In this document: positions 12,301 to 19,924 of the stretch, piece after piece
How positions within the stretch are numbered: the first letter of the stretch is position 1
Layout: each line of letters opens with the position of its first letter
Source: a virus
Taxonomy: Duplodnaviria; Heunggongvirae; Uroviricota; Caudoviricetes
Virus record (IMG/VR): IMGVR_UViG_3300037424_001372
Location: 140,837-204,836 of that record
Length of the DNA stretch: 64,000 nt
Direction: 5' to 3' (one strand)
The notes under the pieces: generated by a model
The model's input: only the letters and a program-made list of their open reading frames with translations
Databases searched by the model: none
Told to the model about the DNA's origin: nothing
Translations under genes and position numbers: made by a program

Positions 12301-12341
12301 ATAATATTAATTTTTGGAGCGCTATTTCATTTATACCATAA
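6393..12341 (+). CDS. Large tail fibre/adhesin, 1982 aa: two SHAEG (YadA-head-like) repeat blocks plus a C-terminal parallel beta-helix region
   Basis: Contains a VATT.DI.LSGL.TVDG..L..G.RVLVKDQT fibre motif, blocks of 16 and 18 14-aa SHxEG repeats, and YIDSAATGGTNNGSSWANAYTDL at the start of an Asn/Ile-rich beta-helix-like region. Confidence 0.8.
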   Translation: MSKIMNDNFQINVGNPIDAKYLNSSNQPYANASAVNTAIAQSQRYIGLTVNVGNIEYWYCAGVLDTNLVIKDSGIVNTGLTNASNGLSKIGNTVILGGPLTGNTDICGESNALNLGTLSSNLGTFQVNSATISLKSTGTTEVCADTTLVLDGICIYLNSPATYDDNYHSSYSQYSVPDVGWITGCTASMLTTIANKLDTSVFNGYTATTNNTLTATTQITNVAITGVTNGLTKVGSHDACLGGTLNSNTTLSGSQLLTLGDLNGICLSTNNTTDIALNAKVNGGIYLKSQGGSVASSSDNANAVSIALDYNAAVGMLVTDNRATPRGLEYASNYLNTFNDNSLITKYYVDSVATGLNIHTAVVVATTTDISLSGLTTVDGITLETGNRVLVKDQTDGALNGIYTASTTTWGRSEDYNFEPSGEISNGDLIPVISGDTNSNSQWVLVSQNPIDSGDTLTYTSFSRQQGVVAGNGICTGTIGSSTQVCVKLSPTNSGLCFNATALELDYETFRYGLTCSVTTGKIDVCADYGAATGTEIPVRIDTGATGKLYVDSAAIITGLDTPIINADNGLTKQGNVVVLGGSLTGDTTINGVSYTHNLNLTQLNSFTLGFNGDSIVTDSNTTPRGLQYAEDYGDTFIDNSLVTKKFVLTNISGNTLQNVTTFGNTTTNSVIIGNGGSTATGATSFANGENVTAIGNYSHAEGNNTCAIGVSSHSEGFCNIASGYSSHAEGNGSCTIGVFSHAEGECTIAYGYFSHSEGYHVTASGYSSHAEGSCNNAMGAFSHAEGSDGCAIGEFSHTEGEGPITIGTHSHAEGTYTSAIGQYSHSEGDSTVASGVSSHAEGRESCAMGFGSHGEGFQTKAYGTSSHAEGRITTTIGQYSHSEGFGSCTIGTYSHAEGQCTLSCGLYSHASGRYNIGKTDTISEIGVGTGTTARCNAFEVYCNGTIGIPLLLDKTTETCVLYVNSDGYLSKGVVSGGVDTLQQVTDSGNTTTNSVIIGNSGSTATGTTSFANGCNVSADGGYSHAEGEFSIASGLGSHAEGYISYAIGSYSHAEGGSSCTIGDYSHSEGETTVASGYSSHAEGNASCSIGDYSHAEGTTSNAIGEYSHAEGESTSSIGYGSHAEGSYNISCGNYSHAEGESAIASGTSSHAEGYYSCAIGDYSHAEGDSTIASGLGSHAEGIGVNAIGNYSHAEGESSISIGENSHAEGLCNIASGYSSHAEGQSNCTFGLYSHSEGFGSCTIGNYSHAEGYCNIAIGHGSHVSGRYNIGRSDTISEIGAGAVAARCNAFEVYCNGNIALPLISGDTSSGCAVYIGTGGQLTYGSISSAISVSNGISTNGSYFVLGGNLTGDTTIDLNNNSLKLIDSSSLFEFSGNTLKTTNINTSGLTFINGNQGVNKILISDSGGTINYSSDYVNKTSSESISGLKTFNDGIDIIWKTIYIDSAATGGTNNGSSWANAYTDLKNGIESVSAYTRIFIANQKYILTGSTGITVNNNYIEIYGYNLYSTNINENPLISGGDSLPYFNGSSNIILANSNNFKINNISFINFSANTTNISIIRINGNNIDINNLNFNDCWLGNGSSCLRIGNNSSFININNINLNNIIGNIGATACFIFQEVSEMFMKNITINNSALLNDASSTYFNIAGCKNLYCENIYGINLGLSYTGSTNVGSFIVVTYLSSTSAKSTNIIFNRIKVSNSFIKSGYLIYRGSQIVILNNEFSNNLFNGPYGIFYNAFASTMYNNVVLYNCTTYNNDNIAWTFGGSSDSNVSGNSITAYNCIFQDTNVASSNVTNLLHLRNSYLKTDISSTHDVVDCEYGSDAGFISNDNLKLKNTSINYNKGVLYDNLIKYLQHGNNTDILNIAYNYNLIHRGAYQDIVYYEPSNEMRIYNLTGLTYTATTSSEFIGASGGSTIYLPNVPSNGQKITISDITGDALTNNITICSNTLNIIGSQDALINTNYGSLTLVNNINFWSAISFIP
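8361..10370 (+). repeat. Two cassettes of 42-nt/14-aa SHAEG repeats
   Basis: Counted 16 and 18 SH(A/S/T/G)EG-type units. Each block starts LQ.VT..GNTTTNSVIIG and ends GRYNIG..DTISEIG.G....RCNAFEVYCNG. Confidence 0.9.
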
Positions 12342-12349
12342 TAATAAAT

Positions 12350-12403
12350 AATAATTGTAATAAAACAAGATTGAAACTTGCCAAGCTACATGAAAAAATT
12401 AAG
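12350..12403 (+). pseudogene. Short tnpB (IS605/IS607 accessory nuclease)-like remnant
   Basis: Translates NNCNKTRLKLAKLHEKIK, matching the typical TnpB segment N.R.K.RLK.AKLHEKI; no start codon or continuation. Confidence 0.5.
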
Positions 12404-12430
12404 ATACTTAATTTTCTTAGATTTTTTTGA

Positions 12431-12526
12431 ACGGTTCTTAATGCCGATGGCGGTGCATTAGAACTAGTTTATAATAATGCTTTAGGTTCTTGGTTTATCT
12501 TCTCCTTCGTTATAATAAATAACTAA
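12431..12526 (+). pseudogene. Orphan tail-fibre C-terminal fragment
   Basis: Translates TVLNADGGALELVYNNALGSWFIFSFVIINN*, which aligns with the C-termini INTNYGSLTLVNNINFWSAISF (6393 ORF) and IDTDYGSITFINNGFSWSAIAF (2289 ORF); preceded by in-frame TGA. Confidence 0.5.
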
Positions 12527-12539
12527 CGATAATATTTTA

Positions 12540-12574
12540 AAAATGGGAAATATTAATTTCTCATTTTTTTTTTT
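12540..12574 (+). terminator. Intrinsic terminator
   Basis: AAAATGGGAAAT-ATTA-ATTTCTCATTTT hairpin followed by a T-run. Confidence 0.65.
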
Positions 12575-12654
12575 ACAAAAATTCAGTTTTTCGTTTATTT
12601 TATCGTATTTATAAAAAAGTATAAAAAATTATTATATTTGGAAATATAAATATT

Positions 12655-13575
12655 ATGAAACAAATTCAAGAAGATAAAATAATGGACAATGATAAATATA
12701 CAATACTTGAAATATCTGGCGGACATGGAAAAAATGTGATAGCTACTGCAGTAATTCGCGCAATAAAAAAGAAATATCCTGATTATAAATTAGTTGTTGT
12801 TTGTGCATGGGATGGACCTTTCTTTTATAATCCAGATGTTTTTAGATTTTATACCTTTGGTCAGATGCAATATTTCTTTACAGATTTCATTAAACCAACC
12901 ACAAAAATATTCCGTCACGAGGTTTATCATAGCGAAGACCATATTCTTCAACGTAAACATTTAGTTGATTCTTGGTGTGATATGTATGGTATTGAATCTG
13001 ATGGACATTTACCTAAGATTTACCTTAACCCAAGGGAGCTTGAAATTGCCAGAGATAAAATAAAACCTGAATTAGGTAAACCAATAATGTTATTGCAAAC
13101 TCATGGTGGTGCCCCTGCCAATCAATATTCAAATAAATCTTGGTTCAGGGATATGCCAATCGAAATAGCTCAAAAATTGGTTAATTATTATAGTAAATCT
13201 TATAGAATATTACATTTAAGGACTCCTGAACAACCAGCATTACAAGGCACCGAATTATTAAATTTACCATTTAGGGAATTGTATGCTGTATTTCCTTTAA
13301 GTACCAAAAGATTGTTCATTGATAGTTTTTCTCAGCATGTTGCGGCAGCATTGGATTTACCAAGTACCGTTGTTTGGATAGGCAATAAACCAGAAGTATT
13401 TGGTTATGATATTCACACCAATATTACGCCAGATGCTAATTATGTTAGAGAAATGAATAAATTCAGTTATTTAGATCAATTTACAATTGATGGCCAAATC
13501 CAACAATTCCCTTATGATACTGTTAATTTATTCGATATCAATAAAATTATTGATGCCGTAAATAAACAAAAATAA
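12655..13575 (+). CDS. Glycosyltransferase, GT9/heptosyltransferase-like fold
   Basis: N-terminal ISGGHGKNVIAT.V.RAIKKKYP (cf. GxGD..T..I.A.K..YP), NP.V motif, P.IYL linker, C-terminal FIDSF.QH.AAALDLPS.V.W. Confidence 0.75.
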   Translation: MKQIQEDKIMDNDKYTILEISGGHGKNVIATAVIRAIKKKYPDYKLVVVCAWDGPFFYNPDVFRFYTFGQMQYFFTDFIKPTTKIFRHEVYHSEDHILQRKHLVDSWCDMYGIESDGHLPKIYLNPRELEIARDKIKPELGKPIMLLQTHGGAPANQYSNKSWFRDMPIEIAQKLVNYYSKSYRILHLRTPEQPALQGTELLNLPFRELYAVFPLSTKRLFIDSFSQHVAAALDLPSTVVWIGNKPEVFGYDIHTNITPDANYVREMNKFSYLDQFTIDGQIQQFPYDTVNLFDINKIIDAVNKQK

Positions 13576-13598
13576 AATATTATAACAATTTTCAATTC

Positions 13599-13640
13599 AA
13601 ATCCTATTAATTGTCATAATTAATGGGATTTATTTTTTTG
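13599..13640 (+). terminator. Intrinsic terminator
   Basis: AAATCCTATTAATT-GTCAT-AATTAATGGGATTT followed by a T-run. Confidence 0.7.
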
Positions 13641-13705
13641 ACGAAGTCAAATTAACAATATTTTTTAGTATTTATTATCACATAATATTAATAATAAATA
13701 TAATA

Positions 13706-16642
13706 ATGATAGATACTAAACCTAATTTTGATAGTAGTAAATTTGAGCAATGTAATGGCGATATTATGAAATTATCAGGTTGTACTCAAATTTATGGTAA
13801 TTTAGATATTGAAACGGGTGCAACATTTACAATATATACCAATGCCGGTGTCGGTAAATATTTGACTTCAGATGCTACCGGTGTTGCTACGTGGCAAACA
13901 CCTTCAACAAGTTCTGGTGTTGGTACTTTACAGGAAGTGACTGATAGTGGTAATACTACAACTAACAGTGTCGTTATTGGCGATAGTACTTCAAATGCTA
14001 CTGGAACTACTTCATTTGCTAATGGTTTTAATGTTCATGCAAATTGTAATTATTCACATGCCGAAGGAAGTGGTTCTCAATCATGTGGATGTAGTTCACA
14101 TGCCGAAGGATATTGTAGTCGTGCTATTGGTAATTATTCACATGCTGAAGGATGTCTAAATGTTACAAGTGGAATTGCATCACATGCTGAAGGATTATCC
14201 AATATTGTTTGTTCGACAGGTAATTATTCGCATGCTGAAGGATATTGTAATAGAGCGATTTCATCTGGTTCACATGCTGAAGGTTTTTGTAATGCTGTTT
14301 GTAGCAATTATTCACATGCTGAAGGATGTTTAAATCTTGCAAATGGGATTGCATCTCATGCTGAAGGTTTTTGTAATGCTGTTTGTTCACCAAGTGATTA
14401 TTCACATGCTGAAGGATATTGTAATAAAGTATATTCTGCATGTGGTTCTCATGCTGAAGGTTTTTGTAATTATACATATGGTAATTATTCACATGCTGAG
14501 GGTGAGGCTACAATAGCCAGCGGTCGTAGTTCACATGCCGAAGGATTATGTACAATAGCAAATGCTAGTTATTCACATGTGAGTGGTATATATAATATTG
14601 GCAGAATCGACACTGTTACGGAAATAGGTGTTGGTACAGGAACTACTGCAAGATGTAATGCCTTTGAGATATATACAGGTGGTACGATAGGAATGCCATT
14701 GTTATCGAACAAAACTACAGAGACATGTGTTTTATACATAAATTCTGATGGTTATTTATCTAAAGGAGTTGTTTCTGGTGGTGGAACTGGTGACATTGGC
14801 ACATTACAACAAGTAACCGATAGTGGCAACACAACGACTAACAGTGTTATTATCGGCAATAGTGGTTCAACGGCTACTGGGACAACATCGTTTGCCAATG
14901 GCTGTAATGTTAGTGCTGATGGTAATTATTCCCATGCTGAAGGCGAAGATACTTCCGCATGTGGTTATGCCTCACATACTGAAGGAAGTGTAAGTTGTAC
15001 AATTGGCGATTATTCACATGCAGAGGGAAATAGTACTATAGCAAGTGGTTTAGGTTCTCATGCAGAGGGAATCAGTGTTAGTGCAATTGGTAATTATTCA
15101 CATGCAGAGGGTGAAAGCACAATATCAAGTGGTGCTAGTTCTCATGCCGAAGGATTATGTACAATAGCAAATACTAATTACCAACATGTAGGTGGCATGT
15201 ATAATATTGGTAAAACTGATACTATTCATGAAATAGGTGTTGGTACGGGAACTACTGCAAGATGCAATGCTTTTGAAATATATTGTAATAGTACTGTTGC
15301 ATTGCCGTTATTACTAAACAAAACCACTGAGACATGTGTTTTATACGTAAACTCTGATGGTCATTTATCCAAGGGAGTTGTTTCAGGTGGAACTGGTGGT
15401 ATTGGTACGTTGCAACAAGTAACTGATTGTGGTAACGCTACTACTAATAGTGTGATGATTGGTAATAGTAATGTTATTAATGGTATTGATGCAAAATCAT
15501 TAATTATTGGTGATAATAATACGATTTCAGGAAATTGTGCACAATCTTTAATAATTGGTTATAATAATATCATTTGTGATGTTAATACTAATGATATTAT
15601 GTTATCACTAGCTGTCGGTGGATATAATAAAATTTTTAATTATGGTAGTATTGCAGCTGGTTGGTATTCGTGTGCTTATGGATATTATAGTTTTGCACAT
15701 GGATATAATGCAGTCTCTTGTGGAATTGCTTCAGAAGCAAGTGGTAATTATAGTCGTGCAATTGGAAATTATTCGTACTCAAGAGGAAATAGCAGTTATG
15801 CATATGGTGATTACTCAACTACTATTGGAATAAATACATCTGCAAGTGGTAGTAGTTCACATGCCGAAGGAACTGCTAGTAATGCTATTGGTAATTATTC
15901 ACATGCAGAGGGTTCTGGTACAATATCAAGTGGTGCTAGTTCTCATGCCGAAGGATTATGTACTATATCGAATGCTAATTATTCACATGTGAGTGGCATG
16001 TATAATATTGGTAAAACTGATACTATTCATGAAATAGGTGTTGGTACGGGAACTACTGCAAGATGCAATGCTTTTGAAATATATTGTAACGGTACGATAG
16101 GAATGCCAACATTACCAGCAAAAGATGTTAATGATAATTGTATTTTATTTATAAATCCAAACGGTTGTATTGGTTATGGTAGTTGTTGTAGAAGTGATGA
16201 ATATGTTGCATTAAGCAGAATAAACCCCACTTCATTTCCTTTTGTTGATGGAGGTTATACTGTTAGTGCTTGGACTACTGTTGTTGATGCAAGTACAAAA
16301 CAATTGAACGTGAGTATAATACCAACTGGTTCATCATATAATATAGCGTATGGTTGTACCCTAGCATTAGGATACAGAGTTAGAAATATTACAACAACAA
16401 TCACTCAAGGTTCAGAATTTGACAATACTAGTGATGCTTATCGTGTTATTGATGCATATATTTCATATCCATCTGGACAAAGTATCAATATAAGTTCATC
16501 GCCATTTCCATCTTCAAATATTTCTGATACACAATATGTCGCAGCAACAGTTAAATTAAGACCGGCATATCATGTTGATGGTGAAATTATGGAGGTTATA
16601 AATTGGAGTAAAGTTAATTTTGGTTGTTCTATTGGATATTAA
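13706..16642 (+). CDS. Tail fibre/adhesin with three SHAEG repeat cassettes, 978 aa
   Basis: Cassettes of 13, 7 and at least 4 clear SHxEG units with the same start and end linkers as in the 6393 ORF; very Cys-rich. Confidence 0.8.
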   Translation: MIDTKPNFDSSKFEQCNGDIMKLSGCTQIYGNLDIETGATFTIYTNAGVGKYLTSDATGVATWQTPSTSSGVGTLQEVTDSGNTTTNSVVIGDSTSNATGTTSFANGFNVHANCNYSHAEGSGSQSCGCSSHAEGYCSRAIGNYSHAEGCLNVTSGIASHAEGLSNIVCSTGNYSHAEGYCNRAISSGSHAEGFCNAVCSNYSHAEGCLNLANGIASHAEGFCNAVCSPSDYSHAEGYCNKVYSACGSHAEGFCNYTYGNYSHAEGEATIASGRSSHAEGLCTIANASYSHVSGIYNIGRIDTVTEIGVGTGTTARCNAFEIYTGGTIGMPLLSNKTTETCVLYINSDGYLSKGVVSGGGTGDIGTLQQVTDSGNTTTNSVIIGNSGSTATGTTSFANGCNVSADGNYSHAEGEDTSACGYASHTEGSVSCTIGDYSHAEGNSTIASGLGSHAEGISVSAIGNYSHAEGESTISSGASSHAEGLCTIANTNYQHVGGMYNIGKTDTIHEIGVGTGTTARCNAFEIYCNSTVALPLLLNKTTETCVLYVNSDGHLSKGVVSGGTGGIGTLQQVTDCGNATTNSVMIGNSNVINGIDAKSLIIGDNNTISGNCAQSLIIGYNNIICDVNTNDIMLSLAVGGYNKIFNYGSIAAGWYSCAYGYYSFAHGYNAVSCGIASEASGNYSRAIGNYSYSRGNSSYAYGDYSTTIGINTSASGSSSHAEGTASNAIGNYSHAEGSGTISSGASSHAEGLCTISNANYSHVSGMYNIGKTDTIHEIGVGTGTTARCNAFEIYCNGTIGMPTLPAKDVNDNCILFINPNGCIGYGSCCRSDEYVALSRINPTSFPFVDGGYTVSAWTTVVDASTKQLNVSIIPTGSSYNIAYGCTLALGYRVRNITTTITQGSEFDNTSDAYRVIDAYISYPSGQSINISSSPFPSSNISDTQYVAATVKLRPAYHVDGEIMEVINWSKVNFGCSIGY
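15192..16089 (+). repeat. 97-bp perfect direct repeat (15192-15288 and 15993-16089)
   Basis: GTGGCATGTATAATATTGGTAAAACTGAT...GAAATATATTGTAA is identical in both copies, offset 801 bp; upstream flanks are also near-identical. Confidence 0.9.
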
Positions 16643-16730
16643 AACATATATACAAATGATGCATCACATACTAGTTAAAAATATATTGTAGTTTATACTT
16701 GTTTCAAGTATTTATGATAAACAGAAAATT

Positions 16731-17126
16731 ATGAATGAAATACTTAAAGTAATATTTGGTGATTATACATTCATCGAATTATTTGGTTTTATTTGGTTTT
16801 TATTTATTGGTTATGCAATATACGGTTTAAATGAAACTAGTTTACGCGATAAGGATGGTAAAGCGACTCCCGAAAAATGGAGTTGGAAATTTTGGTATCA
16901 CGATAATTGGAAAAGATATTTAGCAACAATATTATCGACATATGTGTTATTTATTTTCTATAGTCAATTTGTTGGAAATCCTTTAACTAATTTTGAAGCA
17001 TTGATGATTGGTTTAATTGGTGATGGATTAGGTGCAACAGCTAAGAAAAGAATTGATATGACAAAAGCAAATCGAGAAAAATTGATGACAGACATTAATG
17101 AAAACAATAAAGAAAATATTGGATAA
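16731..17126 (+). CDS. Small membrane protein (possible holin-like)
   Basis: Three hydrophobic segments and a charged C-terminus; function inferred only. Confidence 0.4.
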   Translation: MNEILKVIFGDYTFIELFGFIWFLFIGYAIYGLNETSLRDKDGKATPEKWSWKFWYHDNWKRYLATILSTYVLFIFYSQFVGNPLTNFEALMIGLIGDGLGATAKKRIDMTKANREKLMTDINENNKENIG

Positions 17127-17551
17127 TGGACTATAGTACTTTTAATTCTAAACATTTTTTTATTAAAAAGGATAGTACTTTACCTGAATTAAAATATCCT
17201 TTAACTCAACATATCATGGAGCAATATGATATTACTCCAGATATGCTTGAAAACGTTGCCGTAACATTCTCAATGATAAATGCCGACAATGGTTTATATC
17301 GTATTGCGAATGTTGGGGCAAATTTACTTATTAATAGAAACAGACCTGAATACCCAGATGAAGTTGAATATACTTTATCATATAAATTTAGATTAAATGA
17401 TACTTCTAAAACAGGGAGATTTTTGGGCGAGTTTACTATAGATTTTATCCCAATAGATAATAATGGTAATTGCGGTAAGATTAAATTACCGATTAATAAT
17501 CAAATTAATATAATCATATCGGATTCAATTACTAAAACTACTGTGATTTAA
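17126..17551 (+). CDS. BppU-N-like baseplate/fibre adaptor protein
   Basis: FFIKKDSTLPEL...VTFSM......Y.....DT...G.F.GEF.I pattern typical of BppU N-terminal domains; TAATG overlap with the upstream gene. Confidence 0.55.
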   Translation: MDYSTFNSKHFFIKKDSTLPELKYPLTQHIMEQYDITPDMLENVAVTFSMINADNGLYRIANVGANLLINRNRPEYPDEVEYTLSYKFRLNDTSKTGRFLGEFTIDFIPIDNNGNCGKIKLPINNQINIIISDSITKTTVI

Positions 17552-17730
17552 CATATATGAATATAAATTAATCCAATTTTTCTTATATATTACAGAATAG
17601 TCATGATGTGATTTTTTAAATTTATATCTTGCACCATATTTTGATGCCCCACCTCTACACCTCTCAAAAAGCCCAATATATTTTATTACCTCTCAAATCA
17701 CCGGCATTTTTATTTATAACCCCCAATTTT
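17525..17730 (-). pseudogene. Decayed homing-endonuclease C-terminal repeat remnant
   Basis: Minus strand reads GVINKNAGDLRGNKIYWAF/(one extra T)ERCRGGASKYGARYKFKKSHHDYSVIYKKNWINLYSYM, resembling the W..E.C...A.KY..R..F......Y....K..W repeat of phage endonucleases. Confidence 0.4.
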
Positions 17731-17765
17731 TTATAAAAAATGGTTGGAATAAATAAATAAGTTAG

Positions 17766-17773
17766 TAATTTTG
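17766..17773 (+). promoter_or_regulatory. Bacteroidota-type housekeeping promoter -7 box
   Basis: TAATTTTG (TAnnTTTG) with GTTG at 17743-17746, 19-nt spacer, immediately before the helicase. Confidence 0.55.
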
Positions 17774-17774
17774 T

Positions 17775-19568
17775 ATGATTATGGACAATATATTATTAAG
17801 AATTTTCTGTGAAAGAATAGGTAAAAAAAATGAATATATTCTTAGATTTAATTATAATGAACAATTAGTCAATAGAATTAAAGAATTACCTAAAGAAACT
17901 AGAAAATGGGATGTATTAAATTCTGTGTGGAAAGTATCGACACATTCTCTTTTTTTGTTAATGAAAAAATATAAAGGGTCTGATAAAATTTTTTTTGATT
18001 TTGGTAATAATGATAGTCGAAAGATTTTTATTAATAATATTAATGATATTAATATTAAAAATGTTGAAAAACAAAAAAAAATTGCTGAATTAAATATAAA
18101 AAAAGATGATTGGGTTAAATATAAATTAGAATTAGAATCGACTTATGAAAAATATCGTGAAATTACTCACAAGTATTTAAAAGATAATGTAACATTATAT
18201 CCACATCAAATAATAAGCATTATGTTTTTAAATGTGGTTAGAAATGTTTTATTGGCAATGGATATGGGAACTGGCAAAAGTATTATTTCGATAGGATATG
18301 TTGAAATGAATGATTTTAATAAAGTTTTTGTTATAACACCTAATTCATTAAAATATACATATTATAATGAAATAAAAAAATTCACTAATTCAAATGCATT
18401 TATTATCGGTAAAAAAAATGATTGTTTAATTGAAGATGCTAAATATATAATAACAAATTACGAGTATTTCAATTCATCTGATTTTAATAAAACAAAATCT
18501 AAATTTAATAAATTAAATATTAATAAAATCGATTGTTTAATTGTTGATGAATGTCATCGAATTAAATCGAGTAAATCTAATATTTATAAAGCATTTGTTA
18601 AAATATTTAATGATAAAATATTTAACGAAGGTAAAATATCTAAGGTATTTATGTCTGGAACACCTGCACCATCTAAAGCAATGGAGCTATATAACGTATT
18701 GCATCAAATATCACCATTAGATTTTTCAACAAAACAATATTTTTATGAATATTATTGCGGATTGAATTATCGAATTGATGGTTATGGGTGGACAGTCAAT
18801 GAGTCACAAACAAAATATGAAGAATTGTTTGATAAAATATCTCCATTTACATATAGAAAGAAAAAATCAGAAGTGTTAAAAGATTTACCAGAAAAAACAT
18901 ATCAAAAAATATTGATTGATTTATCTGATGCTGAAATGGAAATTTATAATGACTTAGAAAAAGGTATTGCCAATGAATTTATTAATAAGGAAATTAAAAA
19001 TCCATTAACAATCATGGGTAAATTAAGAGAATATACTTCCCATATCAAAATAAAATCAATAAAAGAACTTATTAATTCTGTATTAGAATCTGATGAAAAA
19101 TTTGTTTTAATTGATTACTATAAATCAAATTTAATTAAATTACATGAAATTTATTCTGAAATATCTGGTTTACATACCGGTGATGTTAGCGATACAGATA
19201 GGGCTAATATTGTAGAGGATTTTCAAAATGATAATGGTATTATTAAAATTTTTTTAGGTTCTGAACCAACAAGTAAAGAAGGTTTAACATTAACAGCTGC
19301 CAGTAAAATTGGTATTATGACAATACCTTGGACACCCGGTACATTAGATCAATGTACAGATAGATGTGCTAGAATTGGTCAAAAAAATGCTGTAAATGCA
19401 TATATATTCATTTGTCGAAATACTATTGACGAATATATTTTTGAATTAATTGAAAAAAAACGAGCTGAAATAAATCAAGTGATCGATGGTGAAAAATATG
19501 AATCGAACATTGACCAAAGTATTATTAAAGATTTAATTAGTAAAATTAAAGAAAAGCATGGGAAGTGA
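17775..19568 (+). CDS. SNF2-family helicase/ATPase with N-terminal HARP-like domain
   Basis: LYPHQ, DMGTGKS, DECH, SGTP, GLTLTAA and QCTDRCARIGQ motifs. Confidence 0.9.
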   Translation: MIMDNILLRIFCERIGKKNEYILRFNYNEQLVNRIKELPKETRKWDVLNSVWKVSTHSLFLLMKKYKGSDKIFFDFGNNDSRKIFINNINDINIKNVEKQKKIAELNIKKDDWVKYKLELESTYEKYREITHKYLKDNVTLYPHQIISIMFLNVVRNVLLAMDMGTGKSIISIGYVEMNDFNKVFVITPNSLKYTYYNEIKKFTNSNAFIIGKKNDCLIEDAKYIITNYEYFNSSDFNKTKSKFNKLNINKIDCLIVDECHRIKSSKSNIYKAFVKIFNDKIFNEGKISKVFMSGTPAPSKAMELYNVLHQISPLDFSTKQYFYEYYCGLNYRIDGYGWTVNESQTKYEELFDKISPFTYRKKKSEVLKDLPEKTYQKILIDLSDAEMEIYNDLEKGIANEFINKEIKNPLTIMGKLREYTSHIKIKSIKELINSVLESDEKFVLIDYYKSNLIKLHEIYSEISGLHTGDVSDTDRANIVEDFQNDNGIIKIFLGSEPTSKEGLTLTAASKIGIMTIPWTPGTLDQCTDRCARIGQKNAVNAYIFICRNTIDEYIFELIEKKRAEINQVIDGEKYESNIDQSIIKDLISKIKEKHGK

Positions 19569-19923
19569 ATATTCTTGGAGAAAAAATCCTTTTCAGGATT
19601 TTTTATTAAATTCGATTTTAGAACATAAAATCGACATATCATCAAAAAAATATTACAATAGCGTTTATAATGGTTTTGTTACTATATTAGCATATTTTCT
19701 TGATGACGATACTTTGTTCCAACATTTAGATTTTGATATAAAAAAGAAAAAAAAGACGTATAAGTTGGTTGCAAATAATGCATTATCTGCATTATGGTTT
19801 ATTGGTGTTTTTCCTAAAGATGTTAATAATGTATTGATAACCAATGAATATGTTAATAATGAATATAAATATTCTTATAATCAAAAAACAAAAGTAATTA
19901 CTTACATTGAAATAGTTAAATAA
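19558..19923 (+). CDS. Hypothetical protein
   Basis: 121-aa ORF overlapping the helicase stop. Confidence 0.6.
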   Translation: MGSEYSWRKNPFQDFLLNSILEHKIDISSKKYYNSVYNGFVTILAYFLDDDTLFQHLDFDIKKKKKTYKLVANNALSALWFIGVFPKDVNNVLITNEYVNNEYKYSYNQKTKVITYIEIVK

Positions 19924-19924
19924 T

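Noticed and set aside
8467-15833. Repetitive alternate-frame and antisense ORFs (e.g. 9946-10179, 14163-14492)
   Set aside because: By-products of the SHAEG codon repeats; no independent start signals or motifs.
8361-16170. Diversity-generating retroelement or CRISPR array
   Set aside because: Repeats are in-frame coding units without adenine-specific divergence or unique spacers, and there is no reverse transcriptase or cas gene in the window.
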